Of a stretch of 29,638 nucleotides of DNA, positions 16,873-28,622 are shown one piece after another. Origin of the DNA: Bdellovibrionota bacterium. GTDB taxonomy: Bacteria; Bdellovibrionota_C; UBA2361. A program made the translations under genes and the position numbers. The notes below the pieces were generated by a model that was not told where the DNA came from, ran no database searches, and saw only the letters and a program-made list of their open reading frames with translations. The stretch's first letter is position 1, and every line of letters starts with the position of its first letter. Location: positions 1 to 29,638 of the forward strand of contig JBILDU010000032.1 in assembly GCA_044352465.1 (NCBI GenBank). Reading direction: 5' to 3'.

Positions 16873-19026
16873 TTAAAGATTTGTCGCCGTATGGAAGGTT
16901 GTGCCGGTCTCGGACCGCTTGACGATGCCGGGTGCCGGGGCAAAACGCTCACCGAACTTCCGGTGCAGTTCACCGAGCTTGAGCGCGAGTTTTTGAGCTC
17001 CGAGAGTGTCCGCGTAATAGAGCAGCCCTCCGCGAAAGGGTGGAAAACCGAAGCCCATAACCGAACCCAGGTCGATCTGGTTTGCGGCATCAGCACCGGG
17101 AGTTCCGGCGACCCCCTCATCAAGGCATCGCGTCGCCTCGTTGATAAGGCTTAACAATAGTCGATCGAGAATAATCTCCGGAGCAGCTCCCGTGACGGCC
17201 GCCTTCTCTATTGCCAGAAGCTTGCGGAGTTCCGGATTGACCGAGGCGGTATTCTCCTGGAAATCGTAGAAACCTCCACCGGATTTCCTTCCCTTGCGAC
17301 CCTGATTAACTAGAATTTTGGCATAGCCCGGCCCCGCCATCCGAGTCCCGTACCCCTGCGTCATGATCTCAGATACGTGGGCTGCCACGTCGAGTCCGAT
17401 CTCATCGAGGAGTCTGATGGGCCCCATCGGCATTCCGAAAGCGAGTGCGGCGTTGTCGATATCTTGGACCGCATAACCATCGGCGATGAGGAATGCAGCC
17501 TCATTGAGATAGGGGGAGAGGATCCTATTGACGAGGAAGCCTGGGACGTCGTTAACGATGATCGGAAATTTGCCGAGTTTGGTTGCGAGAGCTGCCACCA
17601 CCAAAGCAGTTTTATCGCTCGTTGCCTGACCCCGAATGATCTCAACGAGTGGCATCTTTTCGACCGGATTGAAGAAATGCATCCCAACGACCCGCTCCGG
17701 CGATGGGATCGCAGAGGCGATCTCGGACACCGATAGAGAGGAGGTGTTCGTGGCGATAATCGCCTCAGGAGCCACCACTTTGGCGAGGTCCCCGAGCACC
17801 TTTTTCTTCAGGCCGATGTCCTCAAAGATAGCTTCGATCGCGAAGTTTGCATTGGCGCTATTCGGTGAATCTTTGGTGGTTGTCTCGATACGGTTGAGGA
17901 TAAAGCTTCTCTCTTGCTCCGTCAGCGACTTTGATTTGGCTAAGCCCTTTCGAATGTGGTCGAGTCCGTGCTTGAGGGAGGCTTCAGAGGTATCTTTGAG
18001 GATCACCCCACACTCGCTGCGAGCGAGCGCCCCGGCGATCCCCGCTCCCATCGCTCCCGCGCCAACCACCACTGCGTTCAGCGACTCGACTGCTTTTTTG
18101 CCGGCCTTCCCTAATCCTTTGGCCTGTTCGGTGAGAAAGAAGAGGTTCACCAGGCTCTTACTCTCTGGAGTAACGACCAGTCGACCAAGCTCCCGAGCCT
18201 CGAAGTCGAGACCGGCTTTCATCCCTTGCCCAAGACCGTAGACGGCGGCTTCGAGGGCGGCGGGTGGAGCTGGATAGAAACCTTTGGTCTCCTTGCGCAC
18301 GGAGGCCGCCGCTTGTCGGCGGACAAACCCCCGTCCCAAAGCTGTGAAGGTGAGAAATTTGGTCTTGAAGTCGAGCGGGCGCGCACGTAGCTCAGAATTG
18401 CCCAGCGCTAACGCCTCAGCGCGGGACAATAGGGTCTGCGGCGAGACGATTTCGTTCACGAGCCCGTAGCGGAGCGCTTGCTGGGCCTTTAGCGTCTTAC
18501 CGGCGAGGATTATATCGAGCGCTCGCGGTAGTCCAATCAGGCGTGGCAGGCGTTGGGTGCCACCGAAACCGGGGAGAATCCCGAGCTTAACCTCGGGGAG
18601 TCCGATGGTCGTGCTCTTGGTATCGGTGCACAGCCGATACTTACATGCGAGCACCAGTTCACACCCCCCGCCGACGCAGGGACCGCTAATCGCGGCTACT
18701 GTTATGCATGGTAGCTGCTCGATAAGATCAAAGATTCGCTGGCCTTCCTTTGCGAGCTTCTCCCCGATCGCCGGATCCGTTACTGCCGCTATCGCATTGA
18801 TATCCGCTCCCGCGGTGAACATCTCCATACTGGGGCCAGTCAAAATAACCCCCTTTGGTGGCGTTGCGGCAAACCTTTCAAGGATCGCCTTGAGGCTCGC
18901 GATCCGTTCGAACGTAAGGGTAACGACCCGCTCCTCCGGCGTCCCGAGCCTGATGAGTGCGGCACCGCTTTCAAGAATCTCGAATTGGGAGAGCCCCATC
19001 TTACCCGCCACCGCTGCCTCGTTCAT
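16873..19026 (-). CDS. fadJ: Fatty acid beta-oxidation multifunctional enzyme (enoyl-CoA hydratase / 3-hydroxyacyl-CoA dehydrogenase)
   Basis: [79 protein letters not shown] and [16 protein letters not shown]. Confidence 0.92.
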   Translation of the reverse strand: MNEAAVAGKMGLSQFEILESGAALIRLGTPEERVVTLTFERIASLKAILERFAATPPKGVILTGPSMEMFTAGADINAIAAVTDPAIGEKLAKEGQRIFDLIEQLPCITVAAISGPCVGGGCELVLACKYRLCTDTKSTTIGLPEVKLGILPGFGGTQRLPRLIGLPRALDIILAGKTLKAQQALRYGLVNEIVSPQTLLSRAEALALGNSELRARPLDFKTKFLTFTALGRGFVRRQAAASVRKETKGFYPAPPAALEAAVYGLGQGMKAGLDFEARELGRLVVTPESKSLVNLFFLTEQAKGLGKAGKKAVESLNAVVVGAGAMGAGIAGALARSECGVILKDTSEASLKHGLDHIRKGLAKSKSLTEQERSFILNRIETTTKDSPNSANANFAIEAIFEDIGLKKKVLGDLAKVVAPEAIIATNTSSLSVSEIASAIPSPERVVGMHFFNPVEKMPLVEIIRGQATSDKTALVVAALATKLGKFPIIVNDVPGFLVNRILSPYLNEAAFLIADGYAVQDIDNAALAFGMPMGPIRLLDEIGLDVAAHVSEIMTQGYGTRMAGPGYAKILVNQGRKGRKSGGGFYDFQENTASVNPELRKLLAIEKAAVTGAAPEIILDRLLLSLINEATRCLDEGVAGTPGADAANQIDLGSVMGFGFPPFRGGLLYYADTLGAQKLALKLGELHRKFGERFAPAPGIVKRSETGTTFHTATNL

Positions 19027-19059
19027 CCCATCCTCCCTAAAAATTCGTTTCGACGTCCC

Positions 19060-22000
19060 TCATGCTTTCCGGATACCGAGGTGCATCATGTGACCGTTGA
19101 TATCGACCGCAATCATCTCTGTATCCACGTCGCCGCTTGCGCCCACAAAGTCCACGCTCCGGGCCAAGCACTCTCGCGCTATCATGGCTCCGTGTGTCTC
19201 GACCGCGCTTTGAATTGCCCCGTCGCCCCACACTCTCAGGTAGATGTGGTCACTGATCTCAAAGCTGAGATTTTTACGTTGCTTCTGGACTACCGAGACG
19301 ATCTCCCGGGCGTTCCCTTCGGCGACAAGCGTCGGTGTCAGCTCCGTTTTAAGCGCTACAGTGACCCTTCGCCCCGAGCGCGCCACGAGTCCCGGCTTAG
19401 CTTTATGCTCGACCCCGAGATCCCCCTCGACTAGTTCGATCGATTCAGCGCCCAAGTTAAGGCTTAGTTTTCCACTCGACACAAAGGTCGAAATTTCAGC
19501 GGGACAGAGTTTCTGAATAGCACTGTTGAGGTCCTTCATGCGGTTGCCAAACCGGGGCCCGAGGACCTTCCAGTTCGGCTTGATCGAGAAATCCACGAAT
19601 TCGGCTGCGTTCTCAACCAGGATAACTTCCTTCACATTGACCTCTTCGGCGAGCGATTCCACGTGCCGATGGAGGCGTTTCCCGAGAGTGCTGTCAGAAG
19701 GGGTTACCATCAGCTCGCTGAGAGGTTGTCGTACCTTCAAATCATGTTCGGTGCGGAGAGCCCGGGCCAGCGCTGCCGCTTCCTGGATCGCCGCGACTTC
19801 CTCCTCGAGCTCACGCTCCTCGGCCCACCGGTCGGCCGACGGCCACTCCGACAGATGCACACTCTCCGGTGCTGTAGGCTCGAACGAACGCACCAGATTC
19901 TGATAGATCGTCTCGGCAACGAACGGAGCGAGTGGGGCTATCACTTTGCTCAGAGTGACCAGCACCTCGTAGAGAGTCGCGTAGGCACTGCCTTTGTCGG
20001 CGTCGTTCTCGGAGCGCCAAAAACGCTTCCTCGACCGCCGAATGTACCAGTTCGAGAGCACGTCGATAAAGTCGCGGATAGCGATTGCAGCGGTGGCGAT
20101 ATCGTAAGCTTCGAGTCCTTTCGTGACATCCACCAGCGTTGTTCGCAGCGCCGAGAGGATCCAACGATCGAGCTCACTCCGCTCCGTACCCCGCTCCGCC
20201 CCGGGGGCCCACTTGTCGAGGTTCGCGTACGTGACAAAGAAGCTGTAGCAATTCCACAAGGGGATGAAAATCGTGCGCAGCGCTTCGCGGGGAAGTTCGT
20301 CCGAGTATCGTTTCGGAAGCCACGGATTCGAGTCGTAGAAAGTCCACCGCACCGCATCGGCACCGAATTGCTCGATAAGGGGGAGGGGAGCGATGACGTT
20401 CCCCAGGCTCTTCGACATCTTTTTCCCCTGAACATCGAGAACATGCTCAGTGCAGATGACGTTCTTAAACGAGGATCTTCCCGCAACGAGACAGCTTGCG
20501 GCGATCAGTGTGTAGAACCATCCACGGGTTTGGTCGATCGCTTCACAGATAAAATCCGCTGGGAATTGTGACTCGAAGAGCTCCTCTGAGCCTGGCTTTG
20601 CCGGATAACCGAATTGCCCCCACGGCATAATGCCCGCGTTGAACCAACAATCAAGGACGCCCACCTCGCGGCGGTAAACCTCACCATCTTTTTTAATTTC
20701 GATGTCGTCGACAGTTGAGATGTGGAGATCGAAATTCTCCCCAATTTGTTGGCCAGTCGAGCGAAAATAGGCACCCAGGGAACGCAGCTCGGCCACCGAA
20801 GCTGGGCAGAGCTGATTGCTCGGGTTCGACGTGCTCGTCCAGATATTGATTGGGCTTCCCCAATAGCGTTCCCGCGAAATCGCCCAATCAACATTGTTTT
20901 CAAGCCAGTTTCCGAACCGTCCATCCCGAATATGGGGCGGTTGCCAGTGGATCTTCGCGTTCTCGGCGAGCATCGTTTCTTTGAGTGCGGTCGTCTTGAG
21001 GAACCACGACGATTTGGCGAAATACATTAATCCGGTTTTGCACCGCCAGCAGTGCGGATAGCTGTGTTCATGGCGGTACTTATCGAAGAGGAGACCGCGG
21101 GCGGCGAGATCCTTGACGATGTCGACATCGAACCCTTCCTCGCGGAAGAAGCGCCCTTGGAATGGGCCACAATGAGGTCCGCAGTGACCGTCGGCAAGGA
21201 CATGTTGATTTTGAACGAGTCCGTACTTTTTGATGAGCCTAAAATCATCCTCGCCGTACAACGCGAGATGCACAACGCCGGTCCCATCGTCCGTCGTGAC
21301 ATATTCATCAGGCACGACAACATGCATCTTTAGGTTCTGTGGGTTTGGTACCTGGGCCGAAAAATCCCACAACGGCGCGTAGCTTTTTCCCACCAGGGCC
21401 GATCCAGGGAAGGTCTCGACAACGGTGTAGTCTTTGCCCAGAGCTTTTTTATTCTTCTCAAGGAGCGCCGATGCGAGAATAAGAAATTCAGGGCCTTTTG
21501 CTCCCAGGACCTGCACCTTCGAGTACTCTATCTCTGCACCAACACACAGAGCCACGTTCCCAAGGAGGGTCCAAGGTGTCGTTGTCCATGCGAGAATAAA
21601 TGTTTGTGGAGCATCGCTCAGTGCAAACTTGGCCGTGATCGTCAGGTCCGTCACGTCTTGGTACCCTTGCGCTACCTCGTGAGACGAGAGCCCGGTACCA
21701 CATCGAGCGCAGTACGGAACGATTTTGAAATCTTTGTAGAGGAGCTTTTTATCGAACGCCTGACGCATGACCCACCAGTCGGACTGGATGAAGTCGTTGC
21801 TCATCGTGAGGTAGTCGTTCTCGCAGTCGAGGAATCGCCCGAGCCGACGAATTGCGTCGACCCAATCACTCCGAAAACGCAGCACGGTATTCCGGCAGTG
21901 CTCGATGAATTTGTGGGTGCCGAACTTTTCGATCTCGACTTTCCCCGAGAGCCCGAGTTCCGCCTCGGCGGTGAGCTCAACCGGTAGCCCGTGGGTGTCC

Positions 22001-22266
22001 CAGCCAGCCTTCCGAAGCACGGTGTATCCCTGCATCGTTTTGAAGCGGGGCCAGACGTCCTTTAATGAGGACTGCATGATGTGCCCGATGTGGGGGCGTC
22101 CATTCGTCCCCGGCGGACCATCGTAGAAGACAAAGTTCTTGCCGAGTCGGCTCACCCGCTCGGTCTTTTTAAAGATATCCCGCTCCTCCCAGAATTTGAG
22201 GATAAGGTGGTCGTTTTTCGAAAAATCGATCGAGTTTGGAGCTGGTTGAAAAGACTTGGACTGCAT
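19060..22266 (-). CDS. ileS: Isoleucine--tRNA ligase, type 2 (IleRS2)
   Basis: [47 protein letters not shown] and KMSKS. The C-terminus EGNAREIV...QKQRK lacks the IleRS1 Zn finger. ATG 22266 is preferred over 22308. Confidence 0.97.
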   Translation of the reverse strand: MQSKSFQPAPNSIDFSKNDHLILKFWEERDIFKKTERVSRLGKNFVFYDGPPGTNGRPHIGHIMQSSLKDVWPRFKTMQGYTVLRKAGWDTHGLPVELTAEAELGLSGKVEIEKFGTHKFIEHCRNTVLRFRSDWVDAIRRLGRFLDCENDYLTMSNDFIQSDWWVMRQAFDKKLLYKDFKIVPYCARCGTGLSSHEVAQGYQDVTDLTITAKFALSDAPQTFILAWTTTPWTLLGNVALCVGAEIEYSKVQVLGAKGPEFLILASALLEKNKKALGKDYTVVETFPGSALVGKSYAPLWDFSAQVPNPQNLKMHVVVPDEYVTTDDGTGVVHLALYGEDDFRLIKKYGLVQNQHVLADGHCGPHCGPFQGRFFREEGFDVDIVKDLAARGLLFDKYRHEHSYPHCWRCKTGLMYFAKSSWFLKTTALKETMLAENAKIHWQPPHIRDGRFGNWLENNVDWAISRERYWGSPINIWTSTSNPSNQLCPASVAELRSLGAYFRSTGQQIGENFDLHISTVDDIEIKKDGEVYRREVGVLDCWFNAGIMPWGQFGYPAKPGSEELFESQFPADFICEAIDQTRGWFYTLIAASCLVAGRSSFKNVICTEHVLDVQGKKMSKSLGNVIAPLPLIEQFGADAVRWTFYDSNPWLPKRYSDELPREALRTIFIPLWNCYSFFVTYANLDKWAPGAERGTERSELDRWILSALRTTLVDVTKGLEAYDIATAAIAIRDFIDVLSNWYIRRSRKRFWRSENDADKGSAYATLYEVLVTLSKVIAPLAPFVAETIYQNLVRSFEPTAPESVHLSEWPSADRWAEERELEEEVAAIQEAAALARALRTEHDLKVRQPLSELMVTPSDSTLGKRLHRHVESLAEEVNVKEVILVENAAEFVDFSIKPNWKVLGPRFGNRMKDLNSAIQKLCPAEISTFVSSGKLSLNLGAESIELVEGDLGVEHKAKPGLVARSGRRVTVALKTELTPTLVAEGNAREIVSVVQKQRKNLSFEISDHIYLRVWGDGAIQSAVETHGAMIARECLARSVDFVGASGDVDTEMIAVDINGHMMHLGIRKA

Positions 22267-22496
22267 ATCGGTTGAAAATTTCCTACCCCGCGACGATACC
22301 GCCCCCACAACCAGTTATCAATAGCTTACCTTCACCTCCAAGTCTCAGAGACCTTGCGTAAGCGATATACGCGATTTGACGGCCCGCTCGAGACCTTTTG
22401 GGCCCAACCCGGCCCAATCACCTTTTTGGGCAATGCGCTCCCCCTGACTTTGAAGTAAGATCTTCAATTACGTTTTTACTAAGCCACTGTTCTACT

Positions 22497-23771
22497 GTGA
22501 AAGTCCTGATCTGGAATCAAGATTGGTTGGCGGCGGAGCTTCGCGCGGCTGGGCACACCGTTACAACGATGGGTTATGCGGCACACCTTGATGTGCAGCT
22601 TGATAGCCCTATCATTCATATCGATAAGGCCCTCCAGAAGATCCCCGGCGGCGACAGACCTGACCTCATCCTCGTCCTCGATAACAGTGCTCCGCTGGGG
22701 CTCGATGGTCTCGAGTCAACCGATATTCCGACGATCTTTTACTCCGTCGACACACACCACCACTCGGAGCTTCACATCCAGCTGGCGAAGGTTTTCGATG
22801 CCACATTCGTCGCCCAACGCGACTACATACCGTCATTCGAGGCTGCCGGAGTCAAAACCCATTGGCTCCCCCTTTGGCCATCACGTGAGGTAACCCCAAT
22901 CGAACCAAAGCAGTATGGGGCGGTATTTGTCGGAACACTTAATCCCAAGCTGAACCCTGACCGAGTAAAGTTTTTTGATGCTCTGAAAGAGGAGGTCCCG
23001 CTTCTCTGCATGACGGGGAGCTGGGGGGAGATATTTGACCGCAGCGAGATCGTGATCAACCAGACAGTGAAGGGCGATCTGAACTTCCGTGTTTTTGAGG
23101 CGATGTGCTCGGGTGCTGTGCTCCTCACTGAGAGAGCGTCAAACGGATTGCTCGACCTCTTCAATGACGGAGAGCATCTCGTCACCTACACAAAAGGTGA
23201 CGTTAAAGAAGCAGTCAGCCGTATCCGCGAATTGCTTGCCGACAAGGTTAAGATGCAGCGAATTGCAGCGGCGGGGCGTGCCGAGATCCTCCGGCGTCAC
23301 CGCTCCATTCACCGACTCGGCGAGGTGATGGCTATTGCTGAGAGATTAGAGAAACGTCCGCGTGGCGGCATGCACCTGCCGTTAATGTTTAATTTTAGCT
23401 CGCTCGGCCGGCGACTCATTAGATTGAGCCCCAAACTGGCCGTCCACGCTCTATCGATCGCGCTTAAACACGCGGAAGAGGCTCTTGAGAAGGGGGAGAA
23501 ACTTCTCCCGCCACATGATCTATTTTTGATCGGAGCAGCGATACGTCTCGACCATCTCGTAAGAAGCGACGGGGGGCTCCGACTGATTGAGCGATTCGCC
23601 GAACGATTTCCTGAGCTTCAGGCCTTACAGCTCGCCATTATTCGGGAGCACCTTAACTCGGGGCGGATCGACAAAGCCACTGAACTAGCGCGAACCCACT
23701 TCACGAACGAGCCTCTCAGCGTGTTCAAAATAGCTGAGGATGTGGTTACTCCCTTACTGGGCGATCCCTGA
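22497..23771 (+). CDS. Glycosyltransferase, CgeB/YkvP-like, with helical C-terminal extension
   Basis: FYSVDTH, FVAQRD, AVFVGT and IVINQTVKGDLNFRVFEAMCSGAVLLT...LFNDGEHLVTY...IAAAGR. The probable start is GTG 22497. Confidence 0.85.
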   Translation: MKVLIWNQDWLAAELRAAGHTVTTMGYAAHLDVQLDSPIIHIDKALQKIPGGDRPDLILVLDNSAPLGLDGLESTDIPTIFYSVDTHHHSELHIQLAKVFDATFVAQRDYIPSFEAAGVKTHWLPLWPSREVTPIEPKQYGAVFVGTLNPKLNPDRVKFFDALKEEVPLLCMTGSWGEIFDRSEIVINQTVKGDLNFRVFEAMCSGAVLLTERASNGLLDLFNDGEHLVTYTKGDVKEAVSRIRELLADKVKMQRIAAAGRAEILRRHRSIHRLGEVMAIAERLEKRPRGGMHLPLMFNFSSLGRRLIRLSPKLAVHALSIALKHAEEALEKGEKLLPPHDLFLIGAAIRLDHLVRSDGGLRLIERFAERFPELQALQLAIIREHLNSGRIDKATELARTHFTNEPLSVFKIAEDVVTPLLGDP

Positions 23772-23930
23772 AATTACGATCGCCCCCTCTTTTTTACCCA
23801 ACGGTCACTTGATGTAGCCATCATCGGAAGCTCTTTGAGTGGCGCCGCCGTAGACGCTTGGGCGTACTCGTCTGTGTGTCCTTCGCTTTAATGAATCAGC
23901 GATGTAGCGCGAGTGGTACGGTTCTGTTCT

Positions 23931-24986
23931 CTACCGGCGCCCACCACCACCACGGTGTCCCCCAAAACCGTGCCCGCGGACCGAACTTCCAGAGGAGCGC
24001 CCATGGGGCCGAGACGCCGACGCGCCTGATCGCTCGGCTCCCTGCCTGTGTCGGCCGTCCGATGGGCTCACCCGATGCGAGGGCACGCGCAATGAGGCTC
24101 GACTGTCAGGGGCTGGGCCGTGGGGGAGTGGCCGGGGACCGCCACCGTGATGGTGCTGCTTCCACTCGGAGTGCCTGCGGTCAAGATCGTGTCGATGTTT
24201 GGCCCAGTCCTTGTGGTGTCGATGACCGTAATCGTAGGCGTGGCCCCATCGCTCATGGCGGTAGTCATACCAGCGGCGATGGACCGGGCCACCATACCAA
24301 AATCCAGGCCCGTAGAATGGTCCGCCGTAATAGTAATAATCGTCGTGATCAAGTGCTGAGGCAAGCGCGAAGCCAAGGCCGAAAGTTGCAATCGGAGCCC
24401 AGAATGTAGACGCATCAGCCACCGGTCGCTCGTAGATCACCGTTGCCGGCGTTGATGGTATATAGACCTCGTTAGGATCGGTCGGCTCAATACGAATCGT
24501 GGACAGCTCCCCTCCAGGCCCCTCCTCGAGAACGGTCTGATACCCCGAGCTTTTAAGGTTGCCTTGCGCGATCGCTCGGCGTCGCAAGCTCTGAATGCTT
24601 GCCCGAAGCTCATCAGGACTCGTGGTGAAAGCGGTACCGAGTCGAATGGTTTGGTCGATGTCGTCAGCAAGCCCCGTGAGAATCGTTGGATAATTGGCCA
24701 CATATTTAACCGAACGCTCCCAAGGTTGCTGAGGTATCTGACTCGGCGCCCCTCCTCGTTGCAAGAAGAGCGCCGCATCGAGAATTTGGTCGGGAAAGGT
24801 GGCGGCGGTCAGAACACGTTGAAGAAGAGGATCGGGATAGAGCGCTATCGGAGCAGCAAGATCTTCCAGTTCGGCCCGAGAAAGAGGCTCGGTTGGCAGG
24901 GTGGTATTCGGAGCGCGACTTGCACAGGCGCTGAGAACGAAAGCTACCGTAATGACGATGAGACCAAAAGCCGCCCGCGGGAACAT
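23931..24986 (-). CDS. DUF3300-domain lipoprotein with low-complexity His/Arg/Gly tail
   Basis: Lipobox LSAC, ELEDLAAPIALYPDPLL, LGTAF, IQSLRRRA..QGNLKS and IRIEPTDPNEVYIP. Confidence 0.87.
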   Translation of the reverse strand: MFPRAAFGLIVITVAFVLSACASRAPNTTLPTEPLSRAELEDLAAPIALYPDPLLQRVLTAATFPDQILDAALFLQRGGAPSQIPQQPWERSVKYVANYPTILTGLADDIDQTIRLGTAFTTSPDELRASIQSLRRRAIAQGNLKSSGYQTVLEEGPGGELSTIRIEPTDPNEVYIPSTPATVIYERPVADASTFWAPIATFGLGFALASALDHDDYYYYGGPFYGPGFWYGGPVHRRWYDYRHERWGHAYDYGHRHHKDWAKHRHDLDRRHSEWKQHHHGGGPRPLPHGPAPDSRASLRVPSHRVSPSDGRHRQGAERSGASASRPHGRSSGSSVRGHGFGGHRGGGGRR

Positions 24987-25136
24987 CTTCCCCTCCCTCT
25001 GCAGAGAGACAGTCAGGTGCGATATTATCCGCTGCTTTCGATTCCGCTGTGACTGGGCTCAGTCGAAAGTGGACCATCAACTATTTCAGCCTGGGGAGCC
25101 GGCGAATCGGGTGACAGAGGCCCGAAAAACCTCAGA

Positions 25137-25943
25137 TCATTGGGACTCGCGGAATCGAGTAAGTTGACTTACATGACGGTAGAGCATCGACAGATACACT
25201 CCAAGCAATACAACGACCGTCCCCAAACTCATCCACATGAAAAGAGAAACCAGTTCGTCCGCCGTCCAGCCGAACTCGCGTATGAGGCGATCCATATCGC
25301 CGCTCGATTCGCTGCCCTCCCCAAAAATACGATTAAAATCGATAAAAGCACCGAGCGGAAGTTGACTTGCGTCCCTGCTCGCTTGGAGCCATCGGTGTAG
25401 AGCGGAGGAGAGCGCTCCAGCACCGATCACAAGAAAAAGGTAGCGATTCACCCGCCAGCGGAAAAGCTGCGGCATCGGCTGAAAAAATATGATCAAGAGG
25501 AAGGCACCTAAGACCAGCTCGCCCCCCTGTCCGGCAAGGATAGCAAATTCATCGGCCCATTGACGGGGGACTACCCAACTGAAGAGGAGGAGCAATGGAG
25601 CAAGCGCAATCGGTATCGAACCGAGAAGGTAATAGCCCGAGCGCCACGCTCCCCAGTGCCACCCCCCGCCCAGCAGGAGCAAGCCGCCGAAGGTGTAAAT
25701 TGAGGGTTCGGATTGCAAAGGCACCGTGAACCCGAAAGTCGGCACCGCGATCCGGCTACTGAGTATAAACCCAATCGCATGCCCGACCTCATGGACAGCC
25801 ATCGAGCATAACCAAACAAGGATGCTGAGCAGCGGTGTGGCGGCGCAGGCGACACTCCCGACAAGAGCGATGGGGACTATGAGGAAGTCAAAGGCCTGGG
25901 TGGGGGATACTTCAGAGGTGCTGTCAGGACGGACAAGTGACAT
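25137..25943 (-). CDS. Polytopic membrane protein, M50-like zinc metallopeptidase
   Basis: HEVGH (HExxH) next to a TM helix, several hydrophobic segments, and a downstream GDMD as candidate third ligand. Confidence 0.7.
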   Translation of the reverse strand: MSLVRPDSTSEVSPTQAFDFLIVPIALVGSVACAATPLLSILVWLCSMAVHEVGHAIGFILSSRIAVPTFGFTVPLQSEPSIYTFGGLLLLGGGWHWGAWRSGYYLLGSIPIALAPLLLLFSWVVPRQWADEFAILAGQGGELVLGAFLLIIFFQPMPQLFRWRVNRYLFLVIGAGALSSALHRWLQASRDASQLPLGAFIDFNRIFGEGSESSGDMDRLIREFGWTADELVSLFMWMSLGTVVVLLGVYLSMLYRHVSQLTRFRESQ

Positions 25944-26144
25944 GGAGACAAAGAATGCGACGAGCCAAATTCATAGAGAACGCCTTCGCGTTACCTCGCG
26001 GGGCAACTCTCCGGCGCGCGAGTCGATATGTCCGACGGATGATCGTGAGCCCACTCCGAATAGCCCGGCGATAGAAGAGTGCGAACAAAAGGGCGGAACC
26101 TCTATCCTCGCTGCCGTATCCTGCCGCCCCCCGGGGGAGGGCTA

Positions 26145-26178
26145 AAGGGAGACGCCGAAGGTACTCAACGCCCCCCTT
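26145..26178 (-). terminator. Hairpin after the 26187-26519 gene, probable terminator
   Basis: On the minus strand AAGGGGGGCGTTGA pairs with TCGGCGTCTCCCTT (14 bp including G-U pairs), 8 nt after the stop. The U tail is short. Confidence 0.55.
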
Positions 26179-26186
26179 CTTTTTCA

Positions 26187-26519
26187 CTAAGAGAATTCGA
26201 GCTTCAGATCGTCTTCGCAGAAGTCAAAAGTCGCAGTTTCAGACTCCGTACCCCCTTTGTACTTAGCCTTCACCTGCTGCTCACAGCCCTGTCCGTCGGT
26301 GCTCTTATCCCAGGCCATCGTACCCTCCCCACCGGGCGCAACCCCAGCACCGAGATCAAAGCTACCCCAATTCTTACCGTCCTCCGACACAAGAAGCTCG
26401 GTAATCAGCGAATCGGTCTTATTCAAAACCTTGAACGTGTACTGATCCTCCTCTGCTTGAGCACTGAAAGCCTGTGATACGAGGACAAGCGCCAACGCAT
26501 AAATCGATTTAGTTCTCAT
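26187..26519 (-). CDS. Small secreted beta-rich hypothetical protein
   Basis: Signal peptide ending AQA-E, GAGGG RBS, FKVLNKT..ITELLVS..GKNWG, two Cys. Confidence 0.8.
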   Translation of the reverse strand: MRTKSIYALALVLVSQAFSAQAEEDQYTFKVLNKTDSLITELLVSEDGKNWGSFDLGAGVAPGGEGTMAWDKSTDGQGCEQQVKAKYKGGTESETATFDFCEDDLKLEFS

Positions 26520-26897
26520 TTTCCCTCACTTCGATGGTTAGATCGCCCGAGCGATCTGCAATACAGACATCGTGATATTTACATCGACGTTTCGTTAGAG
26601 CAATCCCGATTGTGGGGTAACTTAGCGCCCCAACATCAGCGCTCACCCACCCGATGATTCGAATTTTGTTGGATTCATAGAATGAGATAGCGCCCCCTCT
26701 CCTTGAGCGTAAAGGAGCTGTTCTTTATGGCCTCAAACTGCGCCACTGTCGTTGGCGCTCGTTTGCCTGTCAATGCTTAGCTTTATGCGGAAAAGGGTGA
26801 GGACCGTTCCTCTTACGCCAGAGGAGTAGGCCGGGCCGGGAGAGCGAGGAGGGGGAGAATAGCGCTCCACGACTTGATGAGTGGTGGGGGCCGGGAG

Positions 26898-27176
26898 TTG
26901 ATTTCCTTCGAGCATTTTAATCGCGGCTTTGATTTTGGCGCGAACGCAACGATCCTCTTCGCCGCCAAAGATCCCTAAGAATCCTAACCGGGCTTTAAGG
27001 GGCGTAATCGCACGTTGGTCACCGATCTCCCCAAGCGCCCGGGCCGTCTCCCTCGGAACATTCCCATCTTTTAGCGCCTCAATGAGCGAAGGTACGGCGG
27101 GAGAGCCAATACATACAAGCGCCCGAGCTATAACCAAAAGTCGTGTACGCCGGTCGAGAAGCAGCCGCGTGAGCGG
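26898..27176 (-). pseudogene. HEAT/PBS-lyase repeat gene remnant (3' end), copy 1
   Basis: PLTRLLLD...ARALVCIGSPAVPSLIEALKD...ARALGEIGDQRAITPL...LEGN. An in-frame TAG lies just upstream and there is no convincing start. CAA sits where copy 2 has TAA, so the ORF reads through to 26733. Confidence 0.7.
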
Positions 27177-27580
27177 CTAGCCTCTTAAGGAGCGAGCGGC
27201 ATAATCTGCTGTTGACTTAAACGTAATGATCATCAGCAGCGGAGGACGCTGTGGAAAAAGGTACAGTTGTTGAGCTTAATGGGTAGTTGCTATCAATCCT
27301 ATGTAGACTCGCTTCCCAGCGTAGAGTACACATTCTGCGTTCATGCCTTCCTCCATGTCAAAAAATAATCAGTTTTTCAGCCACTAATTCGATTACCTCT
27401 GACTGGAGGAATATTCTCTCCTTACGCCTCGACTTCTACATAGCAACTAAACACCACTCAACTCGGAACTGTGACTTCGCCGGCCTAGGGGAGTTGCTTG
27501 AAGTCGGAGGTCGCATAGGAGTATTCTTGGCTTCATGCAGCCATCGCGCTGTCATCGCATGAACGTTATAGGCGCCTTTA

Positions 27581-28087
27581 ATGATCTTTGAGTTTCTCGA
27601 GGTAAACCAAATCCCGTTCCGACGAGTGGACCATCCGCCGGTCTTCACCTGTGAGGAAGCGGATAGATTGGTTCCCTTCCTTCCAGGCGCGAAGACGAAG
27701 AACCTATTTCTTCGCGACGGTAAGGGGCGCAAACATTTCCTAGTAGCTGTATCTGCTGACAAAAGCGTCGACCTCAAATCCCTCTCGATGACTCTTAAGG
27801 TGTCCGGTTTGAGTTTGGCCTCGTCCGAGCGGCTCGCGAAATATCTTAAGCTAACTCCTGGCTCAGTGACATTGCTTGGCGTGATTAATGATCGCGCGAA
27901 AGAGGTCGAGGTGGTTATCGATGAAGATTTGTGGGCGCAGGACGCGTTGTTGTGTCATCCACTTGAGAACACAAGCACGTTATCGATCGATAGGGCTTCA
28001 TTAGCGAGTTTTTTCGAACTTACTGGGCATGTGCCACGGATTGTTTCGGTGCCGTCGAGAATTGTGATACCGCCCAGAAACTCGTAG
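27581..28087 (+). CDS. prdX: YbaK/ProX-family aminoacyl-tRNA deacylase (PrdX-like)
   Basis: DHPPVFTCEEA, KNLFLRD (conserved Lys), PGSVTLLG, CHPLENTST and FFELTGH. Confidence 0.88.
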   Translation: MIFEFLEVNQIPFRRVDHPPVFTCEEADRLVPFLPGAKTKNLFLRDGKGRKHFLVAVSADKSVDLKSLSMTLKVSGLSLASSERLAKYLKLTPGSVTLLGVINDRAKEVEVVIDEDLWAQDALLCHPLENTSTLSIDRASLASFFELTGHVPRIVSVPSRIVIPPRNS

Positions 28088-28154
28088 CGCTGAAGAGCTC
28101 AGCGTATCTGCTGCGTAATGCTTGGCGGGGTCTAATCCGCATTAGTCAGAGTAG

Positions 28155-28505
28155 TGGTTTCGGCCCAATTTCGAGGAATGCAGGACGAATACTACTCAGT
28201 TAAAGGTTCCGTATACCGATTACAAATCGTTTAAGTCCACAAGACCCATAGCGGCGGCGGTGGCGGTGAACGACCGAAATGAGTACGTGGTTGTGGGCGG
28301 TGAGTTCTCAAAAAATCCACGTAAAACCGGAGGCTTTTTTGTCTACCGAGGAAACTCCATCTGTGTGCCGTATGATTCGCTCTTAAAAAAGATGGGAAGG
28401 AAGGATAAAGCGTTCCCGGCCGGGATAAATTATAAGGGCCAGATACTGATGATCGCCCATATGAAGAAGAGGTTCAGAACGTTTCTACTAACGCCAAGGG
28501 AGTAG
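28155..28505 (+). pseudogene. C-terminal remnant of a HAF-type extracellular repeat protein
   Basis: AVAVNDRNE..VVG, PAGINYKGQI and terminal TFLLTP match the usual end of HAF-repeat proteins. In-frame stops at 28143 and 28152; no signal peptide. Confidence 0.55.
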
Positions 28506-28507
28506 GG

Positions 28508-28534
28508 CGGGAAGGGGGGCGCCGTTCCTTCCCG
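28508..28534 (+). terminator. GC-rich hairpin after the HAF remnant
   Basis: CGGGAAGG...CCTTCCCG stem 2 nt after the stop. No clear U tail. Confidence 0.45.
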
Positions 28535-28593
28535 ATAGCGACCTCTTTAGCCCTTGATTTCAATACGTCGCCCGCTACTCTGGAGACTTTTTG

Positions 28594-28622
28594 TTGCTTA
28601 TAGTATCATCGCCTGATATCAT
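28594..28622 (+). promoter_or_regulatory. hicAB promoter with overlapping operator-like palindrome
   Basis: TTGCTT 28594-28599, a 17-bp spacer and an extended -10 TGnTATCAT 28614-28622. Inverted repeat TATCA-N5-TGATA at 28604-28618. Confidence 0.7.

Noticed and set aside
19663..20571. 302-aa plus-strand ORF and other ORFs opposite ileS and fadJ
   Set aside because: Antisense to conserved housekeeping genes.
22267..22496. T-box or other leader for ileS; TTGAAG-N6-CTTCAA at 22450-22467
   Set aside because: No T-box consensus seen. The 6-bp inverted repeat alone is too weak to call.
26733..26897. C-terminal extension of the 134-aa HEAT ORF
   Set aside because: It looks like read-through of a lost stop (CAA versus TAA in copy 2) into a decayed terminator, not real coding sequence.
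27287..27777. ORFs 27287-27562 (+) and 27436-27777 (-)
   Set aside because: No RBS or protein-like motifs, and the second overlaps prdX in antisense.
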